From: Magallana gigas | Taxonomy: Eukaryota | NCBI RefSeq assembly: GCF_963853765.1 | Contig: NC_088854.1 | Location: forward strand, 40,858,001-40,922,000 | Length of the DNA: 64,000 nucleotides | Direction of reading: 5' to 3' | Notes under the pieces: generated by a model | The model's input: only the letters and a program-made list of their open reading frames with translations | Told to the model about the DNA's origin: nothing | The model's database searches: none | Made by a program: the position numbers and the translations under genes | Shown here: positions 1-14,679 of the stretch, piece by piece | How positions within the stretch are numbered: position 1 is the first letter of the stretch | How the letters are laid out: each line of letters begins with the position of its first letter

Positions 1-3000
1 TGACGATGTCTATTTGGTTGCTAAATAGACCAAAATATCGTCAATTATAGAGGAAATATTAGCTCCCTTGCCATATTAAAACAAAGAGAGGACGGTTGTA
101 GAATACGTGGTAAACATGAACCACCATAAACATTGTAATTACCCTGGCAGCTGGATCGACGGGATAATTACATAATACACCGGTAATTGGATGAAGGTCA
201 GGTGCGTGTACTGTATCTTGTGGCGACTTGAGGGCAGAAAACCACAGAATTCGTAAGATAGAAATCATCTGATCCCATTATTTACCTGTGTAGATATCAT
301 GGTGTATCATAACAGGTTCAAAACAACAATAAGACAACATTATATAATCAGTTTCCTGTATCGTCAGATCCACAAGATTTTCATGAACTTATTCTTAGAT
401 TTATAAATAACTTCAGTATTTTGAAAACTCTATCTGGTTTGCATGAAATCCTTAAATAAATTGTAATTTTTTTGTGGGGGTGGGTGGAGGGAGGGACCCT
501 TTTAAAGAGAATATTTCATGTACGATATTTATATTTCGTATAACTTCAAACGACACATTGCGATCAAACAATTTCACTCGAGTAACTGTTTAGGAGCTTA
601 CATTTGAAACGATCAACGTAATCTTCCTGCCCTCCATACGACAAAATGCTTAATTAACGATCAATTAATCAAGAATTAACACTGCAACATGCACGCAAGA
701 TTAATCTGATTTTACACTGTGTGGTGATATACTGACAAAACTCGAACAAGTACTCTTTCTTTATAAACCATCTTTGTTTATTGGGTGTCAACAACATAAA
801 AAATTTTTACAATCACAAAATGTAAAACTATGCATTTTTTAAGGCCTTGCGCTTTGAACTGACTCAAATATGCAAAATTGAAACATTTCTTTTATGCGTA
901 TTCTGTATATGATATATGTAGCTAAATATTGATTTTTGTATTTTTTTTAAGTGGACTTTCGGGTGATTTTGATTTGACTATAAAGAAATTTTTCAGAGAT
1001 GGGTTGTGTTGTAATTATAAGAAAATTTTACCCATTTTGGTGCTGGAGCAATTATCTTAATCAAATGTTCGTTACTTTTTATTTAATAAAGGATCATGAA
1101 ATCTACTATCATATGAAGAAATCTCAAAAACTAAAAAAGTTAAACGTCGTTTTCCAGAAATTTATTTCGCTTAGTATGCATTTGTTTTAATTAACTTGAG
1201 CGGCTTTGAACTTTCTGCTACATAATCGACGTGCTAGGTTGCACAGCGTTTAAAATGAGAAGAATGATATGTGGTTACAATAAAGATAACCTGACAGGTG
1301 TGACCAGGTAAGGGCATGTGTCGGGTGATGACGTCTAAAGGTGTAATTATAGATTAATTTCAGTTTGTTTATTCTGACCCATATTTTATACAACAGATCA
1401 TTTCTTTTTTTAAGTTGTTTTCTTGATTAGAGTTAAATTAGTCTCTATAATTAACGTTTATGTATCTAGAGAACTAAATTAAAATGATCAATTTACAAGT
1501 GAAATGTAAACAAGGAATCTCAGAGGAGGAAATCTGTTATTGTCTAAAGAGAATCAAACGCAAGGTAAAAAAAAAACCCAACAAGTTTAACATTATAAAC
1601 TGCATAATATTGAATACTGCCAGTATCGATTTCAAATTTCCTTACATGTACATGTAGTTATGAAAACATTAAGAAATAAATCATCGCCACTGTCGGTTAT
1701 CGTAAAAAGATAAATTCTGATCTAAAAAAAATAATTTTTATGGATCTCATTAAATGTATATTGTATACGGTATTATGTAGTTCTGGACTTCATACACAGA
1801 CATTTCATTCCTAAATTGCATTGCATACAGTTCATAATTCGCTCTACAGCTACAATTAATTTTCTTCTTCAAATCTCAACGCATTCATCCATGCATAATT
1901 TCATTAATAGTTTCTGTGAATCGATCGAGTCATTTTTGTACTTTTTATCTTAAAAGTTCACGCAACTCTTCAAGTTTGAAAAATAAGTTGTTGTTTTTTC
2001 ATTTAATACATGTATTGTCCCCCCCCCCTTTACTCTCTTATAATGATTTTCGTGTAGAGATGTTGTAATGGTCAACAAACAAATAAGTATATATTTTAGC
2101 AATAAATCAATTGACAGCATAATATCAGGCCAGGAATATTTTACTTTTCAATGAGTGTAGTATTTCACCTCAATCATTTTTTTCTTCTTAATCGACACAA
2201 CAAAATATAAACAACATTATAACTCCACTCTCCCAGAGTGCATTTCATCCAAATTATAAAACTTTTAACCATGTTAAAAAATTTGATACAATTAAACACA
2301 TTTTTCCCTGAAATGGATTATATCATTTTTACCATATGACTGATTTATTTATCATCTAAGGGAAAATTTAAAGAAATCTTTTGTGTGCGTTTTTTAAGAG
2401 TTGGGGGGGGGGGGGGGGGTAGGGGATAGACATGTTCAAAAACTTTTGGATGCAAATCTATAATTAACACTTTGATAAACATTTGGGATTCTGTATATTT
2501 GTAAATGTATATGTACTGCAGGTGAACTAAGGAAAAAATATCATGCCAGGATAAATGGATAAGTAGACTTGATGCATGTCTCTCGTATATGAAATGTTGT
2601 TGCTCATTAAGAAAGTGGGCGAACGCCGAGAATAAGCCCTCAGCATAGGAAAATTATTGAAACAAACATTACGAAAGAGTTAAAAAAAACCGAACATGCA
2701 ATAAGCTACAGAATGCTGTCTTAAAGCCTGCTAAATACAAGATTTTTTTAAAATCCTAAATTCTGGAAAAGGTCATTTTAGCAGGATGAAAACGTGCACG
2801 TTGCGTTTGCTAGTTCATTGCATAATATCTTTCCCTTTTTCGGTAAAACAAAACATAATGCGACTTCTTTCTAGAATTTCTTTAAATGTCAACTTAAAAC
2901 ATTTAAATAATATCCAAGAGATACGGAGGTCGTCCATTTAGACTTGTTAATTCAGATTCCACGACAACCGTCCAAACAGTCCTTGTAATATGCATACGCA

Positions 3001-4545
3001 GTCTCAGAATTTTCTCGTTTTTATCCAACAAGTCAAAAACTAAATGAAAGCTTGGTAAATTAAGAAGACCTCGTTTTTTTCACTATTTCTAGACAAATGA
3101 CAACAAGCAGACGTTAAAGAATGCATGTTTCATCTGCTGTTAATTATCTTTTTTTCTCTTGATGACGGGGGACCGACGTCACCAGAGCCCGGCCGGATAC
3201 ATGGAGGTCGCACCCCCGGGCCTGCCTCACTTCTGTCCAAGACGTGGGAAGGCGCACGGTGAGTGTGTAGATTATAAGACATAGTATCCTGTTAAATTCA
3301 CACGTTCACTTTTATTTTTCTTCATTCATTTATTAACTTTAGCTTCGTTGCTTCCCAATTTATTTTTGAATTATCGTTCGTTTTATTTCCATAGTAAATA
3401 ATATGATGATTAGAAATTAACAGATATAGTTTTTAAAGTGTTTTTTTTTCCATTTATTTATTTTGCCTCTTTTTCTTTTATTCATATAAATTCATTTTTG
3501 CTGAGAATTTTAATTCATATTTTTTTTTAAATATTAGTATAAAATATTCAATCGATGATAAAATAGAATGCGTTTCATCATTTTTTTTATTGTTTTTTTT
3601 TTTTTAAATAACGACATACGTATATGATCGTAAGAAAATTAGCACATTTTTTCTGAATAGACCATTTGTCTATATGTAGTTAAATTATTCCGATAAACTT
3701 GACCGAGTTTACCTAAAAAAAATGCAAGCAAGTTCCTCCGCACTATAAACGAATTTAGATTTAAATTCTGCGGAGATTACCTTTATAAATTACAGAATGC
3801 GAACAGATTTGTCTGTGTTCTTGTCCATACACTGTTGCCGTCTTTAAATCAATATCGGTAGTTGCACTTCCGCTTACGCGTAGAAAAGATGTATCAAAAG
3901 CAATAATTAGACAAGTTAAAATGTTAAAGAAGGGGGAAAAAAATCCTCATAACCTTACGCAATCCTTCCATTGCATTTGAAATTCGTTTAACTTTTAACG
4001 GAGGAGAGTAAACCCTTAAGAGGAAAATTCTAAATAAAAAAATGTTTAAGTAGATTTTGCAAAAAATCTGGTATTATCTATATCAATATTCAAAACACGC
4101 ATCTAGATAAAATTTTCGATGCCGCACTAGTATTCTGAGAAAAGGGTGCTATCTAGAAATTGGTGTCAGTGGCTTTGAATATTTAAATAAAATAAACTTT
4201 GAAAAAAAAACTCCCCATTGAAATGAGATGCATTTATGTGTTTTTGCTAATTGTTTTAAATAACAAATAGAGAATATGGAAATAAGCAAATGACGAATAT
4301 TATAAGAATTTTTTTTTCTTCAGGTCACAGTTATACTCGATGCAGTATTATAGACAAATACTTATGCATTAATTTTTGCACAATAAGAGTTTTAATAAGC
4401 ATAGTATAACATTCTCTTGTCTGTCTTGTAAGTGCTTTTTAATTCTTTAAAAAACTGCAGAAATCGTACATCTCAAGGAGCAAAAAATGAAGAAATTAAG
4501 ATCTAAGACTATGCATCGAAAGGATTGACTTGAAAATGCTCCTGC

Positions 4546-4547
<2 letters not shown>

Positions 4548-4627
<80 letters not shown>
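4548..4627. repeat. (GA)n microsatellite, about 40 units
   Basis: Direct read of an uninterrupted GA run. Confidence 0.95.
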
Positions 4628-4630
<3 letters not shown>

Positions 4631-7600
4631 GTTCAACATTAGCTAGGGTCGAAAAGTTCGCAACATTCAGCATCTGATTAATTCAGAAGGGGGTAATATA
4701 TGTGTTAGGTTTAATTTATTCCGTTTTTAACGCTGGGACGTTATACCTGGCGAAAGCAGGTCGACAGATTCCATCCATTCCGTGTTCAGCTTCCTTGACC
4801 ATCCGCTGCTGCGCGGGCAATTATGTCTTAGTGTGCTTAACAAATTACTTGACTACTTAAACGTTAACATAAATTACTGTTACAGGGCTCGTTGAGTAGC
4901 TTCCACCACTACACCTGTGAAAACGAATATTATCCTAATATTGTTGTCGGCATAGTAATCCATATGCTTTAAAAGGGGGAGAAAGGACAAGGGATAAATG
5001 TCCAAAGTTTTCCACATTTGGTCACACCATTAATCTTTTCTTCATTGACATTGTGGACCCTGTCTCTAGGACAATTAATTAGTTACAAATTGTGCATGTA
5101 ATAAATATATCTTTTAGCGCGCGTTATCTGAATATCATCACTTTAACACGGTACCTTGGGGCATTCACACGCTAGTTGCATTAAGCATTATTGATTGTGG
5201 ACCTGTATTCTCATCTATAGAAACATTTATCATATTTTTTATTGGAGAAGAAAACGTTTTCAGTTTCTTTTTTGACTGTGTAATTGACAAAATAATTTGT
5301 ATCCACATTTTTCTGCTAATCGTCTAATGAGCCGATTGCATATAGGTGAGAAGATATGCATTCAAGAATCAGTTTTCATTTTTGGTCTGACTAATTGGGA
5401 CATCTGCTTAAGGTACAGATTTTCTTCGAATAGGTATTTAGATGACTTTATCAGATATCTGTTGTGTGTTTCGTTTTGGCGATTAATCAATTTTCTTTAG
5501 GGAGTGGTGTGATTTTTTTTTATTTTCAAAGGGGAGGGGGTATTTAGTTATATTATGGCAATATGCATACACAAGCAATTTTTTCTTCGAAGATTCTGAA
5601 CAAAGCTCAAAATATTGACTACATTTAACAATGATTATTGTAATCAAATTGTCATTTGAATTAATTTTGATCGATAAAATAAATTTGTATTTAATGAACA
5701 CTTTCTGAAACGGATGAAGAATATGCAACGTTTTGACTTTTCTTTTGTTTTGTTCGAAAATGTCAAATGATACAGGGTTAAGGTCGTCTTTGAGACAGTT
5801 GCGATATACTTTTTGTGACTTATCTATGTCTGTAAATCTTGTACCAGGTAATAAGATACATTCAAAATCAAGTTAGGTTTTCTAGATCTTTTTCGGTTTT
5901 TGATTGTGGTTTTTTTTTTCGGGGGGGGGGGGGGTGTTGTGTTGTTGTTTTGTTTTTTGTTTTTTGTTTGGTTTGTTTGTTTTTTTTTGGGGGGGGTGCA
6001 TTATTTAGTTGCATTAATAATACAGACTGTCACTTGATACAAGTATAAAATTGCTCCATATGCTGCATACATTGATTTCTAATATATCTACTTTACATAC
6101 AATGTATAACAAATGATACGGTTTATACTGTTAAACACTTCCGGTGAAGTTTTTTTCTCTCTCTTACATTATCGTATAATTAGGTTGTACTTATGTGATG
6201 AATTACTAAACGTGTTGCAACCTTTTTTTTTTCAAATGCAATAACATTAACAGCCTATCAGTTTGTACCACCTAATACTGTCTCCATTGTCACGTTTGAA
6301 CAGTGAATGAAATCATCGATCGATCGGCTGATAGATAAACCTCTTTCGAACAAAAAAATTTTCTCAATTTTCATCGAAAGTTTTATTTATGTACGCCTTT
6401 ATCACAAATAAAATATGTGCCGGTGTTGAAATGTACGCGAGTGATTATAGGAACCTAATCGGAGAATGTTCTAATCGCGTTGAATATACATACCAGAACG
6501 TTCAAGTTCCGGTTTGAACAGGCTAGCTGCGTCAGCAGCAAAATGCTCAAGGTTCAACAGCTTGTCAAAGTATGGATTTTTCTTCACATTAAACCGTAAA
6601 CTTTATTTTGTGCTTATATCAAATTTCGTGTTGTTCGTGTGAGTAGCATATAGGGCTTCCACGTGTTATCTATAGCCCACTGTTACATTTGCCACAAAGT
6701 GGGAAACATGAGGTGAATATACTCTCTTGAGCATGGAGACAAGTGTCCTAAGATTTCTCTTCCGAAAGCACAAACGTAAAAAAGTAAGTCAAATGTATAC
6801 TGTATGTCAACATCACCTGCTACATTGTATCATTGCTGTGTTCACGTTAAGGGGGATAAATGGTCATAACCGTTTTTTGGACTATATTTATCTTATTGTG
6901 AAGAAGAGCTCTGTATCAAGACAAAGACATTTTTTAAATTTTGGAACTGAATTACTTTGTTGTTTTATCTGATGGGTAATTTGTTGGCCAATTTGCTCTC
7001 CAAGCGAGTTATCAGCGCCAAGGATGACATGTTTTTTTTCGGGGAGATTGGTAATGCATGCATACATGTATGTTGGTTTTCTTTCATTGATCGATTTGAT
7101 GCGGTATAAAGCCATCATACAAGAGTTAGATACGCTGCAGGATTCCATGTACACAAGATGTAATTATCCATTCCTGCCGTGCACACGCTATATATATTAT
7201 TTTGATTGACGAGACTTATGTGAGAAAGGACATCCTTAGTAGATTCAAAGGTAAAAAGAGAAGATCTACAAATTGAATATTAGACAGTTGTAATGGTAAT
7301 TTGTATACAACCTATCGCAAAGGTGCATCAACAAAAAAAATAATTTTCAAAGACGGCCGTCGCGGTTTATCCACTTATCAATCATGTCTGTGCTCATATA
7401 ATTATTTGCGCCGGAAATTTATATTTCAAAAAAAAAGTGACATTGGGAAACTAATTAATATTCTGTCTCGTTTGGTCATATTTAAGCTGCAAGATGCAGA
7501 CGTCATGTCATGTCTTAACTATTAAAGACGCTAGCTGATGAAAGATCAGCATAATTCTTTGTTACAATTTGGCTACTTCGATCACTCTTCTTACTAAAGG

Positions 7601-8738
7601 TAATTTCTAAAACATGTTACATAGATTTATGTATATATACGATTTTTTTTCATTGCTTTTTTCTCAATTGATTGGTTGAGCAATAAACATTCGCACGATA
7701 AAAGCACAGTTTGCTAAATAGTTTTGTTAAATAAGAAAAATGCATCCTTACATCAGAGACATGTATATGGATTGCCACGCGCGTGTGCACGTGCACATCA
7801 GTTAGACCTACAAAGACGCAAATTGCCGACAACTGTAAAGTAGTGTTTTAACCCCGCATGTATGATTATTTTTAAAAAGTGCTTGACAAAAAAAAATGTT
7901 TTTCTTTAAATTTTGACCTAATTTCAACTTGTTTACGTCATAATCCACTAAAATTCAATTGAAATAAATAACCAAATATGTTTTGATTTTTCTTTAAAAA
8001 AAAAAGAAATGAATACAAACAAACAAACAAATATTTTGATATCATATTTCAGACTTGCATAGGTTTTAGAAGCCTTTTGAGCGTTGACAGATCAACACTT
8101 TGGCTTTTGTTTTTATTGAACAATTCTTCCAATTTTTCGCAATTTCTTAAATCAATATTTTATGTAACTAAACCAAAAATCAAGATCAATTTGACATTTT
8201 CTGCACGATGAATGTTTACCTTTTTAAAGAGCTACACAGTGTTCAAGAATAGAATTTCAAAGTTTACGTAATGTCAGTGACAAATAAAGATATCAAATTA
8301 CCAGTCGTTCATTTTAAAACTAGAATACAATATGTTTTTCATTTTTTTTCAACGACAAGACTCGTGAAAGTTTGGCTTTGAGTTGAAAGATCAAACTTAA
8401 AGTAATATTAAACCGTGTTGTTTATGAAACTGATCTACTGTTAAGTCGTCACGTCCACTCCTTCTGTTATTAACACAAAATACTATAAAAGGAAAAATGT
8501 AATTCATTAATGTTCACAACACAAACCTTATAAGTTTGTTGACATACAACAGTCTGCAAACTAAATCTAAATCCATCAGATCGATTTACCTGAGCAGGTG
8601 AGTGCCTTGATTAAGGATAATCATGCGTAGCAAGTAAGAACACAAATATGTTGTCCCTGCAGAATATATATATTTTTTGTCCTTTTCTTCCAGATCGACC
8701 ACTTTGTACCGACTGCCCATTTGTAAACAAACGCTCAA

Positions 8739-11700
8739 ATGAGCACCTTTAAAATGAATCTAGGGGACATTCCCCCCGATCAGTTATCCAACACTGAAAA
8801 GAAATACTCCGGTAACGACGAAGTCAAGCCGTACCATACCTCAGCATTCCGGAAGGAGTACCGAAAAGAGGAACCGGTTCTCACGTTTCCGGAAAAGTGC
8901 AAGAAGACCGCCGGAAATCTAGTGAATTGTTCTAATAAGAGAAAATGTCTAGAGAAAGTCCTGCCTTTCTTGAGAATTTACAGAAAATACAAAATAAGGA
9001 CGGATCTGCCTAATGACGTCATTGCTGGATTCACGGTGGGGATCATGCAGCTTCCTCAAGGTAAGATTTTGTTTAATAAATTTTAGATGGCTGCAGCTAG
9101 TCAATATTATAATCAATATGATTTTTTATCTGAATGCACAATAGTGCCAAAATTTATCAAGACCATGTTTTTATGGCAACTATTTCAAAATATCATGACT
9201 TTGTTAAGAGATTGTAGCGCAATCTTTTGTTTGTAGGCATGGCTTATGCCATGTTGGCAGATATGCCGCCTGTTGTCGGACTCTATATGGCGTTCTTCCC
9301 CGTTCTTATTTACTTCTTCTTCGGAACATCTCGACATATATCCATGGGTAGGTATTTAAAATTGAAATTCTGAATAGAATTCAAATGATATATTTCCAAT
9401 GGGATTTAGGACTGCCACAATAATTGTCTTCTCCTTTAGGTACTGTTGCTGTAGTCAGTTTGATGACAGGATCTGTCGTATCCAATATTGTATTGCCAAA
9501 GTCCAACTCCCTCTCTCCGACTAGTCTTCCCACCAATAACACCTACCTTGGCGACCTCAACGACACAGCAAGCCTGAACGACACTATATTTTCGACAACA
9601 TTCGTTCCGACAATCGAGTCGACCGTCGACAATCTGACCATGCAGAAACTAGCACTAGCTTCTTCGATGTGTTTTCTTGTGGGAGTAGTCCAGGTATTTT
9701 AAATGCATATATGTAATTATATTAGCTATAAGAAGCATCATATATTCATGAAACATTCTATGCTGTAAAACATTTGGATAAAAAAGAATGATTATTTAAT
9801 TGACAATCTGTATCCTTTGTAGGTGTTGTTCGGGGTCTGTAGACTAGGACTAGTGACTACCTACATGTCAGATCCTTTAGTCAGCGGATTCACCACCGGA
9901 GCTGCTGTTCATGTCTTTACTAGTCAAGTCAAATACGTTTTCGGATTGAAAATCCCCCGATTTCCAAACCTCTTCCAAATCATTTACGTAAGTTGACTAA
10001 ATTGTCCATTTTTTAATCAAATGTTTGATTGCGTATTATACTGCAGTTTTATCAAGATAACTCATTTGCATAATTATATTTTCGTTTCACCAGACTTACA
10101 AGGCCATTTTTGAAAACCTTGCCAAAACAAATTACGTCACCGTCATCATCTCTGCTATTTGCATGGTGATTCTGTACATAGTCAAAGTTCACATCAATCA
10201 ACGATTCAAGCACAAACTCAAGATACCAGTTCCCATTGAGCTCTTAGTAGTGAGTAATTGCCTCGCTTATTCTTTATTGCTGTATTTGCTTGGACTAAAT
10301 TATTATTAAGCTTGTCTTTCACTTTGGAAAATTGGTTTCTTCTAGGTTGTAGCGGGTACACTGTTGTCGTATTTTTTCAACTTCAAAACAGAGTATGACG
10401 TCAAAATTGTTGGAAAGATTCCAGCAGGGTAAGAAATCAATTTAGATGCACCCTGATGAGTTTTATTTTCTTTATGTTTTTGAACCAACTTATGCACACA
10501 CAAAATGATCTCAATAGATTGCCAGAACCGCAAATTCCAAATCTGAAGAGTGCTTTTGAGAACATCAGCGATGCCATCATCATCGCTGTTGTTGCGTTTG
10601 CTCAATCGGTGTCACTTGCAGCCCTGATGGCCAAGAAACACAACTACACTATGGATTCGAACCAAGAACTCATTGCATATGGTGCTGGTAACATTTTCGG
10701 ATCTTTTTTCTCCTGCTATCCATTTGCTGCATCGGTTTCTAGGTCATCTGTGCAAGATTCTGCCGGGGGAAGGACGCAGGTATAGAAATAAAGAAAAGTT
10801 TATCTTTAAAAAGCCTACATCTTTTCGACAGCTGTGGTATAAATTTGACCCGTTTTTTTTATTCTCGCAGGTCACGAGCCTTTTCTCTGCATCACTTGTG
10901 TTGGTTGTTATCATTCTGATAGGGCCATTGTTTGAATCTCTACCTAACGTAAGTAGACCTGGTGTTGCATGCTTTACCATTATTAACATCTTAATTCACA
11001 TTAATTTTGCTGCAAGTATGAATCATATTATCCTTATTTTCCCAGTGTGTTTTGTCCTCCATTATCATGGTTGCATTAAGAAGCATGTTTTTGCAAGTCC
11101 TTGAGTTGAAGAACCTGTGGAAAATCTCCAAATATGACTGTGTAAGTAAATAAGTAAATAGAAAAAAAATGCTATCTAGTAACTTTGTCGCTTTTTATAA
11201 AACGCCCGTTGTGCAGTGTGTTTCTAGTGAGATGTAAAGCACCAAGTCACGTGATGGATTAGAGTTCCAGAATCGATTTATGACAATGTATCGCACACAC
11301 CTGTTTCTAGTATTAGATATCAAATAGCTGCTGGTCCAAGTACAATTATTTATAATAAAGCCTCTCCATACAAACTTTTCAAATAAAATCGAGCTATTCA
11401 GAAAAAAATGCTAACGCCATTCAAAGATAAAATAACTCATAAATTGATTAACTTAATATTCTGTTCGGACTTCTTCGTGTAAAAGTATAGTGGAAATCGT
11501 GCTATTATATTGAGTGATGAAGCACATTTAAGGTGTACAGTAATTAGGTAAACTTAAGAAAGGTTATAATATCACTTTAAAAGAAATGAATATTATACGA
11601 ACACCATTCTTTTGAAGCAAATGAAATAGTTACTAAATAAAATTGATTGTCTTCAGGCGAAATTTGTGTAATACAACTACTATCCAAACTCAATAAATGA

Positions 11701-13294
11701 AATAATCATGTATGTAGTGTATGAATTTTGTGACTTCCAAAGATTTGAACTTTGAATTTACAATGTCAATTTAATGAATCCAGATCATCTGGGTGGTGAC
11801 TTTCCTGGCGGTGGTCATTCTGTACGTGGACCTCGGACTGTGGGTCGGGCTCATATTCTCCTTCCTCACTGTAGTCGTCAGAACTCAATGGTAAAACGAT
11901 CGTCAGAAATGCTTGATTGGATTACTGACATATATTAAATATAAAGAGCTTTTTGAAAAAATAAATAAACATTCAATTTTCCTTTTCTTTTTCATTTTTA
12001 GTGCCAAGGCTGTTTCTTTGCAAAAGATTCCTGATATGGAAATGTTTGCAGACGACAAGAAATATCTAAAGGTAAACGAGAGGAAATTTATGAGAAAAAA
12101 AATCGATAGCAGTAGCATTCATCTAGAAGACAACTGTATTTATCATTTTTATTGTCATCTTTTGTAGACTCAATCACAACTTGGCATAAGGGTGATTGGT
12201 TTCAACTCCCCTCTTTACTATGCAAACGGGGACATGTTTGTGAAACAAGTTTTCCAGATTGTAGGCCTGAAACCAGAAAGAGCAAGAAAACAAATCAAAC
12301 GCCTTGGATCCATTCTGGAATTTCGAAGAGTGGTAAGTTCATTATTTGATATAAGCGTTCATGTTGTGTTGTCACTTATGATTCTTTTTTCCACTGTGTC
12401 CTAATAAATTTGAATTATAAAAGTAGCGGTCAAATTATTGACTATTTCAGAGCCAGAGTTCTCTGTTCCTTGGGTCTTACAGCCATGTCGATCCCCAACC
12501 GCCTATGACTTCCTCCGGAAGCGGAAGTGAACACATAAGCGTATCAATGACCATTAGCAACGGTTCTTCTGGAGACATGAGTCAAAGAAGTAGTACAACG
12601 GATCTCCAGAGCAACGGGGGTAGTATAAGGTCACGGAATGGAAGTGTAAAACCCGGCAATAAAGACTTCGGATATATACATCACGTGATCATTGACTGTT
12701 CTAGCATGTGTTTTATTGACTCTGTCGGAAGCAAGGTTCTTAAACAGGTATGTTGACCTTTAAGATATAGAACTAGATTTGATTTTAATTGACTCAATTT
12801 GGCAACAGAACTTTTGATGGTTCAAATTTTCTCGTAGGTTATTGAAGAATACAAGTCGGTAGGAACAATAGTGTTTCTGGCAGCAGTAAGAGGTAAGAAC
12901 AACGATGACCACCATTATACCATTTCTTACATTTCAAGCCTAGATTTTCATAATTTTAACAATAATATTACACTTTGCTTTTAGATGAAGTTTGGCAGGT
13001 TCTTGAAGCCACAGGATTCACGGACAAATACGATTCCCAAATCTACCTCTCTGTGCACGATGCTGTTTTCGCCGCAACTGTAGAAGGCGAGGGGGAGTAC
13101 GGCAATGAGGCAAGTATTCTTGTATGATAAGGACAACGACCATAGATAATTTAAGACTGTTACACAATGAACAAAACCATGTTTAACATTGACCGCTTTT
13201 GACTTAGTCACCCAAAGCTAGGATGTGTACTATCCTAGAGGATTTTGAGCCACACGCTGAAGATTCGTTAATGGCGGAGTATAAAACAGTATAG
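8739..13294 (+). CDS. SLC26: SLC26 anion transporter (prestin/SLC26A5-A6-like, sulfate_transp + STAS), 16 coding exons, about 810 aa
   Basis: Exons: 8739-9060, 9237-9347, 9440-9693, 9823-9987, 10094-10249, 10346-10428, 10518-10779, 10871-10948, 11046-11141, 11784-11890, 12002-12071, 12168-12332, 12451-12747, 12838-12892, 12985-13109, 13208-13294. Phases are all compatible. Motifs: [47 protein letters not shown], and STAS ([31 protein letters not shown]). The last intron is GC-AG; if it is retained the stop is at 13125-13127. Confidence 0.93.
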
Positions 13295-14679
13295 GTATAA
13301 CGTACAACACACTGTTGTGGTACCATTTTCTCGAAACTTCGAGCTGCATGATACTTATTTGGTTTAACTTCAATTCATGGACTTTTTCTTTCCAATTTCT
13401 AGACATCTCTGCTTCAATTTTCTTTATTTTGTCCTTCCTTTTTTGTTTGAAGCACTCTTTATGATTCGTTTTAGTTTCGTACTGCATTTTGTTAACTACC
13501 GACACCATATCTGCTTTATGTGTTCTTTATTTGTTCGTTGTATTGAAAGTATTTTTTTTTTTCATTTTGTCTTATTATCAAGGTGATGAGGGTAAAATAA
13601 GATTTAACTAAACGCATGAACATTTAATGATTTTAAAAAACACGCAAAATTGTGCAATACTAGTAGTGGTTTCTACTTGAACACTTTTACGTTTCAAAAT
13701 CGAAGATTAATGACATATTGCAAACCACACATTTCTTCGAAAATGAAACAACGGAGAACGGTGTTTATTTATAAATGTTTTATGCTGCAAAACATTATCA
13801 ATAACGCGAGATTTTGACATGCTGACAAACAATTTCGAAAATCCATAATTTTGTTGTCGAAAGCAAACGTCAGAAGGCTAAATATTGACGTAAGCAGTCA
13901 GGTGCCGTAACACCGACTGTAGTGAAGTGTCTTCGTTTTTCTTTAATAATTTTTGTCTCTATTTTGCCACAGGGTTCAGCGCACATTTAAGCCAAAGACA
14001 CAAACACTAGCCGGAATTGCAGGAATCTGGAGTCGTCTGTACCAACCAAGTACAAATGAGCGGACAGGTCGTTTGTTTTTCAGTTGTTGCATTAACCTCA
14101 TAATTATTTGACATCTTCTGTGGTTTTACGTCATTTCAACTGAATATTTACATCTTCAGAAACAATTTTTATGTGATTTACTTGACCCCATTCATATTTC
14201 ATAATTCATGTGTGTCAAAAAATAACTCAACGGTTATCAAGGAACGGATGTTTAAATATGTGATATTTAAGACCAAATTATTTACACTCTGGTATATTTG
14301 TTCCTGAAAATATAATATTTATTGTGTATTAATTTCTTTTTTTGATTATTTGTTTATGTTGTACTTGATTTTAAAGTACAAAGTTGTTATATCACTGTTA
14401 CATTTATAAAAGTACATATCATTGACTTGTACATTTATTTGTGTGTTTGAACGTATGAATTGTTTGACAAAATATATTCATTAGTATCTATGATATTATT
14501 CGTTAACAAATATATTACTCAAATAAAACAATTATATATTTTTGATGGTACACGTTCTTTTTTAAAATATTGACATTAACTACATACATTTGCATCATCT
14601 ACATTTGATATTGAAAAAAAAAATCAATTCTCTTGAATATGAAAAAAGTCTAAATTAGAATGACATTATGCATTAACAA

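Noticed and set aside
59-290. 69-aa minus-strand ORF at the window start
   Set aside because: No recognisable motif in any frame and no consistent splice partner. It may belong to a gene outside the window.
2402-2420. Long G/C homopolymers (also ~5920, ~18166, ~22342, ~37116) as G-quadruplex signals
   Set aside because: Scattered without positional pattern, and homopolymer length is assembly-sensitive.
4745-4815. GC-richer patch with a minus-strand ATG and donor (MVKEAEHGMDG...)
   Set aside because: No downstream exon could be joined in frame and no homology was recognised.
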